This document shows positions 1-10,664 of a stretch of 64,000 nucleotides of DNA, piece after piece (position 1 is the stretch's first letter; every line of letters begins with the position of its first letter). The translations under genes were made by a program, and so were the position numbers. Below the pieces are notes generated by a model. The model was not told the DNA's origin. It made no database searches and was given only the letters and a program-made list of their open reading frames with translations. The stretch is taken from positions 1 through 64,000 of IMG/VR virus record IMGVR_UViG_3300031519_004880. One strand, given 5' to 3'. The DNA comes from a virus. Lineage: Duplodnaviria; Caudoviricetes.

Positions 1-2
1 TA

Positions 3-167
3 AGAGTTAAAGGTATCGTCAATAAGGGCGAAGCAATTTATGCAGACATGGACGGCATTGGTCAAACGATTAGACCAGAAGGCCATTTCTTAGTAGGTAT
101 TAGCTTAGAAACATGGGAACCAGAAGACGACGAAGAAGGCTTAGTAGAAGCCGTATTAAAGGTATAA
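3..167 (+). CDS. 3' end of a fibre/structural protein (5'-truncated by window); resembles the C-terminal tail of phage fibre proteins
   Basis: Open frame from position 3: RVKGIVNKGEAIYADMDGIG...LVGISLETW...EGLVEAVLKV*, stop TAA 165-167, next ATG at 172. Confidence 0.5.
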   Translation, partial: RVKGIVNKGEAIYADMDGIGQTIRPEGHFLVGISLETWEPEDDEEGLVEAVLKV

Positions 168-171
168 AATT

Positions 172-1065
172 ATGGCAGTCGGCGATATAATCACAGCGGC
201 AAGGTACAATAACTTACAATCAAGAGTAGCAACGGTGATGGGAGTAGGGTCAGGAGATGACGGCTACGGACAGAACTTAAATAGTGCCCAAGTTGGAGTT
301 GCTGATACAGTACAAGCAATTGATATTAATCAGTTGTATCAAGATATGAGTGCTGGTCGTATTCACCAAACAGGTGCAGTACCGTCAGAAATTAACCTTG
401 TTACGCAAAACGTTGACGTTGTGCTTGACAGTGATACAATTAACAAAAAAGGTATTGTACAATTTGAAAATCTTGCTACAACACTTGAAAATGATAAATT
501 TGTAGCACATGGAACTCAAATAACAACAGAAGCGGCTATTGCCGGTACTAGAACAACTGCTTGGAACGGAACGTTATCACATATTATTGATGTTACGTTT
601 ACTGATGCAGACCATCAAAGACACTTTTTTAATGCAGGTGGAGAAGTCCGCTTTGCTTCCAACATTACATATGTTGGCTCTGACTCAAAAACAATTGACT
701 GGATGACTATGTTAGTTAACATGGGCACAGTTACTATGAATTATACTAACACAGTTGCGTCAGGCTCAGGTTCAGGCTCAGCAATTGGTTATCACGACCT
801 AACTGCTAGTTACCAACAACTTTTTGAAAAAACAGGCTCAGGCTTATATGCCGCAAACGACTACAAAGTTGAAGCATCAAAAGTAAGTAGTACAATTTTA
901 CGTTTCAAAGTTACGTTTAATGACGATAACACAGGTAATCCAAATACTGATGAAAACGTACAAGGTATCCTTAACAGTACAATTACCCAAACAAGACCAA
1001 CTGGAGCGGCAGTTTCATTGTTATCCCCCACATACTCCACTAACGGCAGTTCAAATCTAACTTAA
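172..1065 (+). CDS. Virion structural protein (tail/fibre-associated, G/T/N/S-rich)
   Basis: 297 aa, beta-rich G/S/T/N composition, MAVGDIITAARYNNLQSRV start typical of large-phage structural proteins; follows a fibre-like gene. Confidence 0.55.
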   Translation: MAVGDIITAARYNNLQSRVATVMGVGSGDDGYGQNLNSAQVGVADTVQAIDINQLYQDMSAGRIHQTGAVPSEINLVTQNVDVVLDSDTINKKGIVQFENLATTLENDKFVAHGTQITTEAAIAGTRTTAWNGTLSHIIDVTFTDADHQRHFFNAGGEVRFASNITYVGSDSKTIDWMTMLVNMGTVTMNYTNTVASGSGSGSAIGYHDLTASYQQLFEKTGSGLYAANDYKVEASKVSSTILRFKVTFNDDNTGNPNTDENVQGILNSTITQTRPTGAAVSLLSPTYSTNGSSNLT

Positions 1066-1068
1066 AAC

Positions 1069-1097
1069 TTGACTTTCTCCTTTAAATAGTGTATAAT
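1069..1097 (+). promoter_or_regulatory. sigma70-type promoter with embedded TAAATA late motif
   Basis: TTGACT(1069-1074)-17 nt-TATAAT(1092-1097); TAAATA at 1083-1088; SD AAGGAG before ATG 1117. Confidence 0.8.
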
Positions 1098-1116
1098 ACA
1101 CTTAAAGGAGATCCTT

Positions 1117-1470
1117 ATGGACGAACGTCTTGAAAAAGCATTAGATTTTGCTAATTACATGACTACTCTTAATAACCAAAAAAGAGTAATAAAAGAGAAG
1201 TTTTACGAAAGTGCAATTCATTATCATAACGGTGGACAATTCTCCGTAAGCAAAGACCTAATGAACTTCTGTAATATGTTAGTACAAACAGGTCAAGAGT
1301 CTGTAGTGTTAATTGACGACAATGACATACCTGTAAAGGTTGAAAACGTAGAAGACTTTCTTAGCGATGTATTAGATATCTACTTTACAGCATCAAACGA
1401 ATACCTAACTGCATACGAAAAAATTAGAAGTCAGCGTAAGGTATCTGGACTTGTAGAATATGAGGAGTAA
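1117..1470 (+). CDS. Hypothetical phage protein
   Basis: 117 aa ORF with strong SD, overlaps next gene. Confidence 0.7.
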   Translation: MDERLEKALDFANYMTTLNNQKRVIKEKFYESAIHYHNGGQFSVSKDLMNFCNMLVQTGQESVVLIDDNDIPVKVENVEDFLSDVLDIYFTASNEYLTAYEKIRSQRKVSGLVEYEE

Positions 1471-2308
1471 AGGCGCATTAATCTTTGCTAGGAACAATGC
1501 CCAAGTTGATTATATTAAACAAGCTCATTATCTAGCAAAACGTATTACTAAATATCTTGGCATTCCAACAACTATTGTTACAGATAGTATTGAGTATATG
1601 AAAGAAACGTATACTGACTATGATACTGTATTTGATCAAGTAATTGAAGTTCCATTTGCTAGAGCTCTTAGCGAAAAGAGATACTTTGATGGATCAGGTG
1701 TGTACAAACAACTTGAATTTAAAAACGACCTCCGAACACAAGCATACGAACTAAGCCCATATGATGAAACTATCTTATTAGACAGTGATTACATTATTGC
1801 AAATGATGTGTTAACACATTGTTTTGATCAAGACAGTAATTTTTTAATTTATAAAGATGCAAGTGACTTAACAGGGTTTAGAGATAATACAGAATTCCTT
1901 AAAATTAGTGAAACTAGTGTAGACTTCTATTGGGCTACTGTTGTATTTTTTAGAAAAACAAAAGACAATAAAGTGTTCTTTGATCTAACTAAACATATAC
2001 AAGAAAACTGGCAACACTACAACAGTATTTTTCAAATTAACAAACCAACGTTTCGTAATGACTGGGTGTTTAGTATTGCCATACATATTATGAATGGTTA
2101 TCAAGATGGTGATTTTGCAAATAAGTTACCAGGTAAAAAATACTACACAGCAGACAGAGATATACTATGGAAATTAGAAGATGATAATTTTCTATTCTTA
2201 GTTGAGAAAGAACAACACCTTGGAGAATATACCCCATTGCGTATTAAAGGCAGTAGTGTACATGTAATGAATAAATTTAGTTTGAATAGGGTCATTGATA
2301 ATGCTTAA
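1460..2308 (+). CDS. GT-A fold nucleotide-sugar transferase (GT8/mannosyltransferase-like)
   Basis: YELSPYDETILLDSDY with DxD motif; paralogous to the next ORF. Confidence 0.7.
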   Translation: MRSKGALIFARNNAQVDYIKQAHYLAKRITKYLGIPTTIVTDSIEYMKETYTDYDTVFDQVIEVPFARALSEKRYFDGSGVYKQLEFKNDLRTQAYELSPYDETILLDSDYIIANDVLTHCFDQDSNFLIYKDASDLTGFRDNTEFLKISETSVDFYWATVVFFRKTKDNKVFFDLTKHIQENWQHYNSIFQINKPTFRNDWVFSIAIHIMNGYQDGDFANKLPGKKYYTADRDILWKLEDDNFLFLVEKEQHLGEYTPLRIKGSSVHVMNKFSLNRVIDNA

Positions 2309-3143
2309 TGGCTCTAAAGGCATCGTTTTACTGGCACAAAACAGCACACACGACTACGTAAAGCAGGCCTGTGTGCTGGCTATGAGTATCAGGGCTACTA
2401 ATGACACTAACGTCTGCTTGTTAACCGACGATAAAGTACCATCTAGGTATTTACACCTGTTTGATTGCATCAAACCTATACCATGGAACGATGATGCAAC
2501 TGATACAGAGTGGAAAGTAAACAACCGTTGGAAGTTATACCATGCAAGTCCGTATGATGAAACTATTGTAATGGACACTGATATGCTTGTATTACAAAAT
2601 ATTGATACATGGTGGGACTTTTTAGGCAACTACGAAATGTTCTATGTTAGTAAAGTCTACACATACCGAGGTAGTGTAGTAAATGATACTTACTATCGCA
2701 AGACATTTAAAGCAAATGACCTACCCAACTTGTATGCTGGCCTTCATTACTTTAAAAAGTGTGATTTTGCAAAGGAGTTTTATACATGGTTAGAACTAGT
2801 TATGAACAACTGGCAACTATTTTATGGAAAGTATGCACCTAAGCAATACCAAAACTGGTTAAGTGTTGATACTAGTACTGCAATCGTAGCAAAGATACTA
2901 GACTGCGAAGATAAGATAACAAACAAGAAAGTTTCCTTTCCAAGTTTTACACATATGAAGCCTAAGATACAAGGTTGGTATAATCCTAGCGAAACATGGC
3001 GTAGTAGAGTAGGCAGTTACCTAACAGATGACCTTGCATTGAAAATAGGCAATCATCAACAACAAGGCATTTTTCACTATACTGAAAAAGAGTTCTTAAC
3101 AGATGACAAAATTGCAAAATATGAAAAGGGTATTGGGATATGA
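2295..3143 (+). CDS. GT-A fold nucleotide-sugar transferase (paralog of 1460-2308)
   Basis: KLYHASPYDETIVMDTDM with DxD; FTHMKP late motif. Confidence 0.7.
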   Translation: MIMLNGSKGIVLLAQNSTHDYVKQACVLAMSIRATNDTNVCLLTDDKVPSRYLHLFDCIKPIPWNDDATDTEWKVNNRWKLYHASPYDETIVMDTDMLVLQNIDTWWDFLGNYEMFYVSKVYTYRGSVVNDTYYRKTFKANDLPNLYAGLHYFKKCDFAKEFYTWLELVMNNWQLFYGKYAPKQYQNWLSVDTSTAIVAKILDCEDKITNKKVSFPSFTHMKPKIQGWYNPSETWRSRVGSYLTDDLALKIGNHQQQGIFHYTEKEFLTDDKIAKYEKGIGI

Positions 3144-3730
3144 AACTAAGTTACGCACACCCAATACACCAACGTTATGTAATATTTGATCCGTCAAATG
3201 GTGACGTTCTTTCTTTGCCGAACTACAAACCAGAAGAAGGTAGTTATATTCCTGTAGAAGAAACGCAAGTTACAGGGTTACTTTCAGGTGCCGAGCCATT
3301 AAGCTATTACTATGTACACTACATTAAAAAAACTAAGACATATGAACTTAGACTACGAACTAATACTAGTATAGACAGCTATTTTGTTGACGACTTAATA
3401 TATGAAGTTCCAATGACTTTAATAGATAGTCCTGATATACATATTATACAAAACATTAACGATACTTGTTGGAAGATTACAATAGGTGGAGATCTAAAAG
3501 CAAATATATTAGCACAACGGGTTAGCTTTAAAAATACTTTGCATTTTAGTATAACTGAAAAGTCAGACCCAAACATATTACTAAAAACAATTTCATTTAA
3601 TTTCTCAGAACTACATGATACCAAATACGTTATTGTTCCGTTTGACAGTAAATTTGAATTTGACGCAAAACCAGTTAGTGTGTATACCATTAAAAACTTT
3701 GATAGATACATGTATGAGGTACAACAATGA
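3140..3730 (+). CDS. Hypothetical protein
   Basis: 196 aa, ATGA-type overlaps with both neighbours. Confidence 0.65.
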   Translation: MKLSYAHPIHQRYVIFDPSNGDVLSLPNYKPEEGSYIPVEETQVTGLLSGAEPLSYYYVHYIKKTKTYELRLRTNTSIDSYFVDDLIYEVPMTLIDSPDIHIIQNINDTCWKITIGGDLKANILAQRVSFKNTLHFSITEKSDPNILLKTISFNFSELHDTKYVIVPFDSKFEFDAKPVSVYTIKNFDRYMYEVQQ

Positions 3731-4611
3731 AAATTAACATAGCTGAACAAGACATTATCTTCTTATCGTACGATGAACCAAATTGCGAAAAGAACTATGT
3801 TGATTTAATCAATAAAGTTCCTTGGGCCAAACGTGTACATGGTGTAGATGGCAGTGATGCCGCACACAAGGCGTGTGCAGAACTTAGTGAAACTAAACAC
3901 TTTGTTACAGTTGATGGCGATACAGTTATTGATCCAGCATTTTTAAATGTAGTATTAGACTTAGATGCACTAGGAGTTGATGATGACTACCAATTTAGTT
4001 GGTGTGGTAATATCAACGTCAACGGATTAAAGTACGGTAACGGCAGTTTGAAAATGTGGACTAAAGATTTTGTAAAAAATATGAAAACACATGAAAACAC
4101 AGATGGTGGCGCAGACACTAGTATTGAATTTTGTTACTTTGATAATTATTATCAACTAAATGACAATTACAGTACTAGTATTATTAGTGCTACTCCACAT
4201 CAAGCATGGAGAGCAGGGTTCCGTGAAGGTGTTAAGATGAGTTTGAATAGAGGAGCCAAAGTTAAAGACATTACAAGTGAAACTTGGTGGCAAAACTATC
4301 AACGTTTGTTAATATGGATGCAAGTTGGTGCTGATGTAGACAACGGTATATGGAGTGTAGCAGGAGCCAGACAGGGGTGTTACATGACAACGTGTACTGA
4401 TTGGGATCACGTACAAACAAGAGACTTTAAATACTTAAACGAGTTATGGCTTTCTACAAAAGACAAAGAGCCAATGGAACTTGCTCAGCACTATGGTAAG
4501 ACACTTAACAGCGAACAAGGCTTACCAATCTCAACTAATCCATTTGACGAAGAACAAAGTCATTTTTTTAAAGAAGTGTATGTTAACACAGACAGGGTAT
4601 TACGCAAATGA
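3727..4611 (+). CDS. Glycosyltransferase-like protein (GT-A/GT2-like)
   Basis: DIIFLSYDEP...AHKACAELS...FVTVDGD (DxD); paralog at 11565. Confidence 0.6.
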   Translation: MKINIAEQDIIFLSYDEPNCEKNYVDLINKVPWAKRVHGVDGSDAAHKACAELSETKHFVTVDGDTVIDPAFLNVVLDLDALGVDDDYQFSWCGNINVNGLKYGNGSLKMWTKDFVKNMKTHENTDGGADTSIEFCYFDNYYQLNDNYSTSIISATPHQAWRAGFREGVKMSLNRGAKVKDITSETWWQNYQRLLIWMQVGADVDNGIWSVAGARQGCYMTTCTDWDHVQTRDFKYLNELWLSTKDKEPMELAQHYGKTLNSEQGLPISTNPFDEEQSHFFKEVYVNTDRVLRK

Positions 4612-4775
4612 GTAAATTAGAAGAAACTTGCGAAAATTGTCGTATAGAAATAAGCACAGACAGTATTGCAGTAGACAGTAGTACAGGAAACTTATACTTA
4701 GAGGCAGGAATATTAGTAGCAGTGATAGCAGTATTATACATTGGCAAGAAATTAGTGGACAAGTATATTAAATGA
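4608..4775 (+). CDS. Small membrane protein with CxxC (55 aa; not in the ORF track)
   Basis: MSKLEETCENCRIEISTDSIAVDSSTGNLYLEAGILVAVIAVLYIGKKLVDKYIK*; fills the gap with ATGA overlaps at both ends. Confidence 0.65.
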   Translation: MSKLEETCENCRIEISTDSIAVDSSTGNLYLEAGILVAVIAVLYIGKKLVDKYIK

Positions 4776-6145
4776 GCGAACTAGAAAAAATTAAAACAGT
4801 AATGCCTATTGTTGAGGCTGAAACTTCGCCAACATTTTGTTTAGCAAAGTGGCATCACACAACTATCTATCTTGCAACAGGTGAAACACATAGTTGTTAT
4901 CATCCTGCTCCTCATAAAATTCCTTTAGAAGAATTAAAAGATAATCCTAGTGCATTACACAACACAAAGCAAAAGAAAGCTGAACGTAGTGCAATGATGT
5001 GCGGAGATAAACCAGACGGTTGTAGTTACTGTTGGAAAATTGAAGCAATGGGCAAAGATTTTGTTAGTGATAGACATATTAAAACTACTAGTATCTATAC
5101 TGAGGAAAGAGTAGCGGAAATAAAACAAAAAGGGGCGGATTTTAACGTAAATCCTGAGTACATTGAAATTAGTTTTAGTAACGAGTGTAATTTTAAGTGC
5201 GGATATTGTCACCCTAAAGCTTCTAGTAGGTACTATAACGAAATAAAACAGCACGGACCATACAACATGTCAAGCACACACAGGCAAGACATTGATTGGT
5301 TTGAAATACAGAAGGACGAGGATACTAATCCATATGTAAAAGCGTTCTGGGAATGGTGGCCAGAGCTTAGTAAGACATTAAATATTTTACGTATCACAGG
5401 CGGTGAGCCATTAATGCATAAAAGTTTTTGGAACTTGTTAGAAAAATTAGACAACGATCCTAAACCTCATATCCAAATTGAAGTTAACAGTAACATGGGC
5501 GTTAAGCCTAAGCTAGTTGAAAGATTAACTACAACTGTGAAGCGTCTTAAAGCAGAAGGCAAAATTAAAAGTTTTAAACTATACACTAGTATTGATACTT
5601 GGGGACCAAGAGCTGAATATGCACGTACAGGGTTAGACATTAAGTTATGGGAACAAAACTTAGATTACTATCTAACTGAAACAAATTGGCCTGTGACATT
5701 TATGATTACATTTAATATATTTGGAGTAACTAGTTTTAATCAGTTACTAGAAAAAATATTAGAATGGCGTGAAAAATATAATAGCGATGATAATGCTACA
5801 CAATGGCAACGTATTAGGTTTGACACACCTCACCTAAAAGAGCCTAGCATATATGATATGAACATATTGCCCAAGGACGAATTTATACCATACATGGAAA
5901 AACATTTACAGTACATGCATGATAATCAAGACGACCAAAGCAGATCTAAATTTACAGAACTAGAAGTAGAAAAGTTTAAACGTGTTGTTGAGTACATGCG
6001 TACAACACATTACGAGCCACGTAAGTTAGAACAAGCACGTAAAGATTTCCATAACTGGTTTAAAGAATTTGATCGTAGGCGTGATTGTAGCCTAGTAGAA
6101 ACATTTCCTGAACTAGAGGAGTTTTACAATGACTGCGGAAAGTAG
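4772..6145 (+). CDS. Radical SAM protein with N-terminal twitch/SPASM-like domain
   Basis: N-terminal FCLAKW...SCYH...CSYCW; CNFKCGYC; ITGGEP. Confidence 0.9.
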   Translation: MSELEKIKTVMPIVEAETSPTFCLAKWHHTTIYLATGETHSCYHPAPHKIPLEELKDNPSALHNTKQKKAERSAMMCGDKPDGCSYCWKIEAMGKDFVSDRHIKTTSIYTEERVAEIKQKGADFNVNPEYIEISFSNECNFKCGYCHPKASSRYYNEIKQHGPYNMSSTHRQDIDWFEIQKDEDTNPYVKAFWEWWPELSKTLNILRITGGEPLMHKSFWNLLEKLDNDPKPHIQIEVNSNMGVKPKLVERLTTTVKRLKAEGKIKSFKLYTSIDTWGPRAEYARTGLDIKLWEQNLDYYLTETNWPVTFMITFNIFGVTSFNQLLEKILEWREKYNSDDNATQWQRIRFDTPHLKEPSIYDMNILPKDEFIPYMEKHLQYMHDNQDDQSRSKFTELEVEKFKRVVEYMRTTHYEPRKLEQARKDFHNWFKEFDRRRDCSLVETFPELEEFYNDCGK

Positions 6146-7322
6146 CACTTTTTGTATTCTTCCGTGGATACATTTCTACGCAAATCCAGACGGCAATGTA
6201 CTCCCTTGTTGCATTGGAGATTGGCGTCAACCTCTTGGAAATACTCGTAACAACACTATTCAAGAAATTTGGAATAGTGAAGAATATAAAAAGTTACGAC
6301 TAGCATTATTAAATAACGAAAAGCCTAGTACATGTACACAATGTTGGAAGCATGAAGAAGCAGGTTTAGAAAGTAATAGGATTGCACAAAACAATCGCTT
6401 CATAAAGCATATTAATATAAAAGACGAAACCAAAATTGACGGTTCGTTGGACTTAATGAAGTTGTTATACTTTGATGTGCGTTGGAGTAACATTTGTAAC
6501 TTTAAATGTAGAACGTGTAGTAGCACATACAGTTCAAGTTGGGCATTAGAAGATAATAAGAACGGCGAAAAGAAACCTGTATATATTTTTGCAGGCGGAG
6601 ACAGTAACGAAGATTTATTTAATCAGTTCAAACCTTATCTTAAAGATATACAAGATTATTATTTTGCAGGAGGCGAGCCTCTAATTACAGATAAGCATTA
6701 TGATATTTTAGATTACTTAATTGAAAATAAGAAGACTGATGCTATACTACAATACAACAGTAATTTAAGTAACTTATTCTTTAAAAAGAAAAGCATTACA
6801 GATTATTGGAATAATTTTAAGCATGTTGAAGTACGTGCAAGTATTGACGGCTATGGAAATAGAGGCGAATACATTAGAGAAGGTACTGACTGGCCTACAA
6901 TTGAACAAAACTTAAAAATTATTAAAGAAGAAAGCCCACATGTAATTATTAGTTTTAATTGTGTAGTAAGTGCATTTAATGTATTAACACTTGTAGACTT
7001 TTTAGAATACATGACAAACAAAGGCTTTGATGTAAACAACAGTACACTTTATAATATAGTTGAACCTAATTATTATAGCTTTAATGTATTAACAGACAAT
7101 CAACGACAAACAGCTATAGACAAGCTACAAGCATATATAAACACAATAACACATACTGAGCATAAAAGACACGTACAAGGTGTTATTGATTATTTGCATA
7201 AGTCAACATTTGATCAAAGTGCAAGTGACTTGTTTAAGTCTAAGAATATGCACTTTGATAAAATACGAAATCGATCGTTTGACGAAACGTTTCCAGAACT
7301 TAGTGATGTATTAACGGATTAA
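6129..7322 (+). CDS. Radical SAM protein with N-terminal twitch domain
   Basis: FCILPWIH...PCC...CTQC...E..G.ESNR; CNFKCRTC; FAGGEP. Confidence 0.9.
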   Translation: MTAESSTFCILPWIHFYANPDGNVLPCCIGDWRQPLGNTRNNTIQEIWNSEEYKKLRLALLNNEKPSTCTQCWKHEEAGLESNRIAQNNRFIKHINIKDETKIDGSLDLMKLLYFDVRWSNICNFKCRTCSSTYSSSWALEDNKNGEKKPVYIFAGGDSNEDLFNQFKPYLKDIQDYYFAGGEPLITDKHYDILDYLIENKKTDAILQYNSNLSNLFFKKKSITDYWNNFKHVEVRASIDGYGNRGEYIREGTDWPTIEQNLKIIKEESPHVIISFNCVVSAFNVLTLVDFLEYMTNKGFDVNNSTLYNIVEPNYYSFNVLTDNQRQTAIDKLQAYINTITHTEHKRHVQGVIDYLHKSTFDQSASDLFKSKNMHFDKIRNRSFDETFPELSDVLTD

Positions 7323-8166
7323 TTTGGTCGCTTTGTCGCATAACAGTTTCATATGTTAGCATATCCAACCAACGCTTTTTCATTTCATAAAGACTAAAGC
7401 CATCAGTTTGACTGTTTACAGCAGACTTCATTAACTTAACCCATTTAGTTTGAGCTTCCCCAACTATTCTGTCAGTTTCATCTTTCCACTCATGTTTAAA
7501 TATTTGCTTTAGATAATCGTAATGTTCAATTGGTGTTGGATGCCCGTCTTGGAATCTTTTATCAACAATTTTTCTATCTTTTACAAACTTAGCTTCTAGA
7601 TTGTTAGCCCATAGTGTTTGATAAATGCTAGGAAGTATTGGATCTATACTTTCGTTGTATAACTCAATAAGAGTTTTTAATTTTAATTCTACGTTAGGTT
7701 CAAGATTCCATTGATTAGGAAATTGAAAATCTAACATTTGTATCATGTGATGTTGTGTACGATGTTTAAGTAACTGATGAGCACTTTTAATTAGTGCAAA
7801 GTCTCTAACGTATGCACCGTACTCACTAAAAAAGTTTTGAATAAAGTCTTGAGAATACTCACTCTGTGAATATATGTTACCTGGAACTAGCCACCCGTCT
7901 TTCTCTGGCAGATATCTATCTTCTCTACATACATTAGTCCATTGCACAATAACTAAATCGTTGTGATCAAAGTTATAAACATTATCGGCCTGCATAATCA
8001 TATTATGAATATACTGATTACCTGCTCCACTACGGCCAAAGTTTCTAAACTCAGCATCGGGGAACTCAGTACCTAGTATGTTTGCCCATGTACCCCATAG
8101 ATACCCAGTAAAGCTACAGCCAAATGTAAAAATCCTTTTAGGATGATTATGTATTAGTTTTTTCAT
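7300..8166 (-). CDS. SGNH/GDSL-like esterase or acyltransferase
   Basis: FTFGCSFT (block I), NFGRSGAGN (block II), DGHPT (block V). Confidence 0.6.
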   Translation of the reverse strand: MKKLIHNHPKRIFTFGCSFTGYLWGTWANILGTEFPDAEFRNFGRSGAGNQYIHNMIMQADNVYNFDHNDLVIVQWTNVCREDRYLPEKDGWLVPGNIYSQSEYSQDFIQNFFSEYGAYVRDFALIKSAHQLLKHRTQHHMIQMLDFQFPNQWNLEPNVELKLKTLIELYNESIDPILPSIYQTLWANNLEAKFVKDRKIVDKRFQDGHPTPIEHYDYLKQIFKHEWKDETDRIVGEAQTKWVKLMKSAVNSQTDGFSLYEMKKRWLDMLTYETVMRQSDQINPLIHH

Positions 8167-9430
8167 TCTTTTTCTCTTTTAAATATTTAACCAAATCAAA
8201 CATAACGTTTTTAGTATGCTTTTCTTGTATCATAGTTTTAAGGTTGTGTACAGATATATCTGCAAATCTAAACTTCCACTTGATTGCTTTTTTAGGATCT
8301 AACTGTTGTAAGTGGTTTACTTGTTTAACTATTTGTGCTTTAAGTTTAACCCAACGCTTGTATGTATCTCTTTCATCATCAAAGCTATAATCAAATATTC
8401 CATCATATAGTTTATAGCCGTAGTCTTGTAATTTTTGATTACACTGATGCTGACCAAATATAACAAATGGTTGTAAATGGTATATGCTTCTAAATGTTTT
8501 TTCGCTCCAGAACAAACTAGTACCGTTCCAGTTTTCTGCAAATGTCTCGTTTACAACTTGAAATAATGTTTGCTGATGCAAGTAGCTGTTTAGACTCAAA
8601 GCATGATTAGTTATAAAATCCTCTGTATCAACTGTAAGAGGTAGAATAGTTTTGTTCCAAGTTTTTAAATCAGACCGACTAATAGGTGAACCTACCGGTA
8701 ACTGATAACTTTCCATATGCTTGATAGTTTTTTTATTAAATCTGTTATGACTTACTAATCCGTGATCGTATAAGTTACTATGAAAAATTTCAAATGCACT
8801 TAACGTCCGATGCGGTCTGTTAACACGACTTAGGCTTAAAAATAATTTACCTGTGTAACGTTTTTTTGTTTGTGCTATTTCATGTTCTAGTCGTTCTTGC
8901 AAAATAACTTCAACAGGTTTCTTTTCAATTTGTTGTCCAATAGCATCACCAGGCTTCGTAGCACCTGCTATTCCAAATATCATACTTTCAAAATTATTAA
9001 ATGTAACAACTTTAATTGAGTGTTCAATCTTGTGTTCCATATTATAACGTATGATGTTATCGTTGTCGTACATGTTTGAACTAAAGAAAATAATCTTTTC
9101 AGGATCTATTCTTGCTTGTTTACAACTAAAATATAGTACATCAAAAAACGGAGCATCGTGTATTGTACTAAAGCCTTCGGTACTAGCATCAAAAAAGAAA
9201 AAACATTTTGGATCTTTTCTTAATTGCGACTGAGCTCGATGTTTAACAAACTGAAAAAGATTAACATCTTTTTGCCATTTAGGATAACTGATTAACGCAT
9301 GTACAATAGACACATCATCAAAACCTTCTTGACTTAGTACTAATTGATCTTTTAACTTTTCAATCGACAGCGTAGTTTTTGGCTGTTGAATAAATTCGTT
9401 AAAAATGATAGAGTCTTTAATTAACTTCAT
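8147..9430 (-). CDS. Putative glycosyltransferase-like (GT-B-like C-terminus) protein
   Basis: FLSLSRVNRPHR...VVNET...SEKTFRSIYHLQPFVIFG, a motif set I associate with phage GT-like proteins. Confidence 0.45.
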   Translation of the reverse strand: MKLIKDSIIFNEFIQQPKTTLSIEKLKDQLVLSQEGFDDVSIVHALISYPKWQKDVNLFQFVKHRAQSQLRKDPKCFFFFDASTEGFSTIHDAPFFDVLYFSCKQARIDPEKIIFFSSNMYDNDNIIRYNMEHKIEHSIKVVTFNNFESMIFGIAGATKPGDAIGQQIEKKPVEVILQERLEHEIAQTKKRYTGKLFLSLSRVNRPHRTLSAFEIFHSNLYDHGLVSHNRFNKKTIKHMESYQLPVGSPISRSDLKTWNKTILPLTVDTEDFITNHALSLNSYLHQQTLFQVVNETFAENWNGTSLFWSEKTFRSIYHLQPFVIFGQHQCNQKLQDYGYKLYDGIFDYSFDDERDTYKRWVKLKAQIVKQVNHLQQLDPKKAIKWKFRFADISVHNLKTMIQEKHTKNVMFDLVKYLKEKKNEKTNT

Positions 9431-9444
9431 AAGGTATACTTTCC

Positions 9445-9464
9445 ATAAATACTACTATATTTAT
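9445..9464. promoter_or_regulatory. Overlapping divergent late promoters
   Basis: ATAAATA on + at 9445-9451 and on - at 9464-9458, between divergent genes. Confidence 0.6.
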
Positions 9465-9491
9465 GTACGCATATAATGATTGGAGAACAGA

Positions 9492-10664
9492 GTGAAGATT
9501 GGATTTATTGGATTAGGAAAATTAGGATTACCTTGTGCAGAAGTTGTTGCAATTAAAGGACATGACGTAACAGGTTATGATATTGTTGAAACAGTTAATG
9601 ATAATGTAACAGTTTGTCCTACTATACAAGAAGCAGTCCAAAACAGAGATATTGTGTTTATTGCAGTACCCACTCCGCATCACCCTGACTATGATGGTAA
9701 AGCACCCACAGCTCATTTAGAACCTAAAGACTTTGGGTACGACATTGTAATTGATTGCATACGTGAAGCAAATGCGTGGATGAATACAGGTCAATTACTT
9801 GTATTAATTAGTACAGTATTACCAGGAACAGTACGTAGAGAATTTGCACCACTAGTAACTAATACTAGATTTGTTTACAATCCGTATTTAATTGCAATGG
9901 GTACAGTTGCATGGGATATGGTCAATCCTGAAATGATTATGATTGGCACAGACGATGGTAGCGAAACAGGTGATGCAAAACAGCTTGTTGAATTTTATAA
10001 AACTATAATGGAAAACAATCCACGTTATGAAATTGGTACATGGGACGAGTGTGAATGTATCAAAGTATTTTACAACACATTTATTAGTGCAAAAATTGGA
10101 TTAGTTAACATGATTCAAGATGTAGCAGAGAAGCAAGGACATATTAATGTTGATGTAGTAACTACTGCACTTGCTAAAAGCGATCAACGTATAATGGGTC
10201 CTAGTTATATGAAAGCAGGAATGGGAGATGGCGGTGCATGTCACCCACGTGATAATATTGCGTTACGATACATGGCTCAAAATTTAGGCTTGCAATATGA
10301 CATATTTGATGCTATAATGAATGCAAGAGAAGTGCAGGCTAAAAATATGGCAAACTATTTGGTTAAGATTGCAGAGAAGCGAAACTTACCAATTTTGTTA
10401 AACGGCATTGCATATAAACCAGGAGTACCTTATACTGACGGAAGTTATAGTTTGTTAGTAGGACATTATTGTAAAGAAGCAGGATATCATTGTATCGAAG
10501 TTGATCCAATGGCTAGTCCACAAAAAGGTCCGTTTACGGCTGTAGCACTATTAGCACACCCGGAACTTTATTGTTATCTCTCAGAAGGAAGTGTTGTAGT
10601 TGATCCTTGGAGAGACTTTAAGTCAGATAAATTTGAAGTATTCCATTATGGAAACACACGATGA
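9492..10664 (+). CDS. ugd: UDP-glucose/GDP-mannose dehydrogenase family
   Basis: GLGKLG NAD motif, FIAVPTP, ISTVLPGT, K-x2-YN, GGACHPRD catalytic Cys; likely start GTG 9492 after SD GGAG. Confidence 0.92.
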   Translation: MKIGFIGLGKLGLPCAEVVAIKGHDVTGYDIVETVNDNVTVCPTIQEAVQNRDIVFIAVPTPHHPDYDGKAPTAHLEPKDFGYDIVIDCIREANAWMNTGQLLVLISTVLPGTVRREFAPLVTNTRFVYNPYLIAMGTVAWDMVNPEMIMIGTDDGSETGDAKQLVEFYKTIMENNPRYEIGTWDECECIKVFYNTFISAKIGLVNMIQDVAEKQGHINVDVVTTALAKSDQRIMGPSYMKAGMGDGGACHPRDNIALRYMAQNLGLQYDIFDAIMNAREVQAKNMANYLVKIAEKRNLPILLNGIAYKPGVPYTDGSYSLLVGHYCKEAGYHCIEVDPMASPQKGPFTAVALLAHPELYCYLSEGSVVVDPWRDFKSDKFEVFHYGNTR

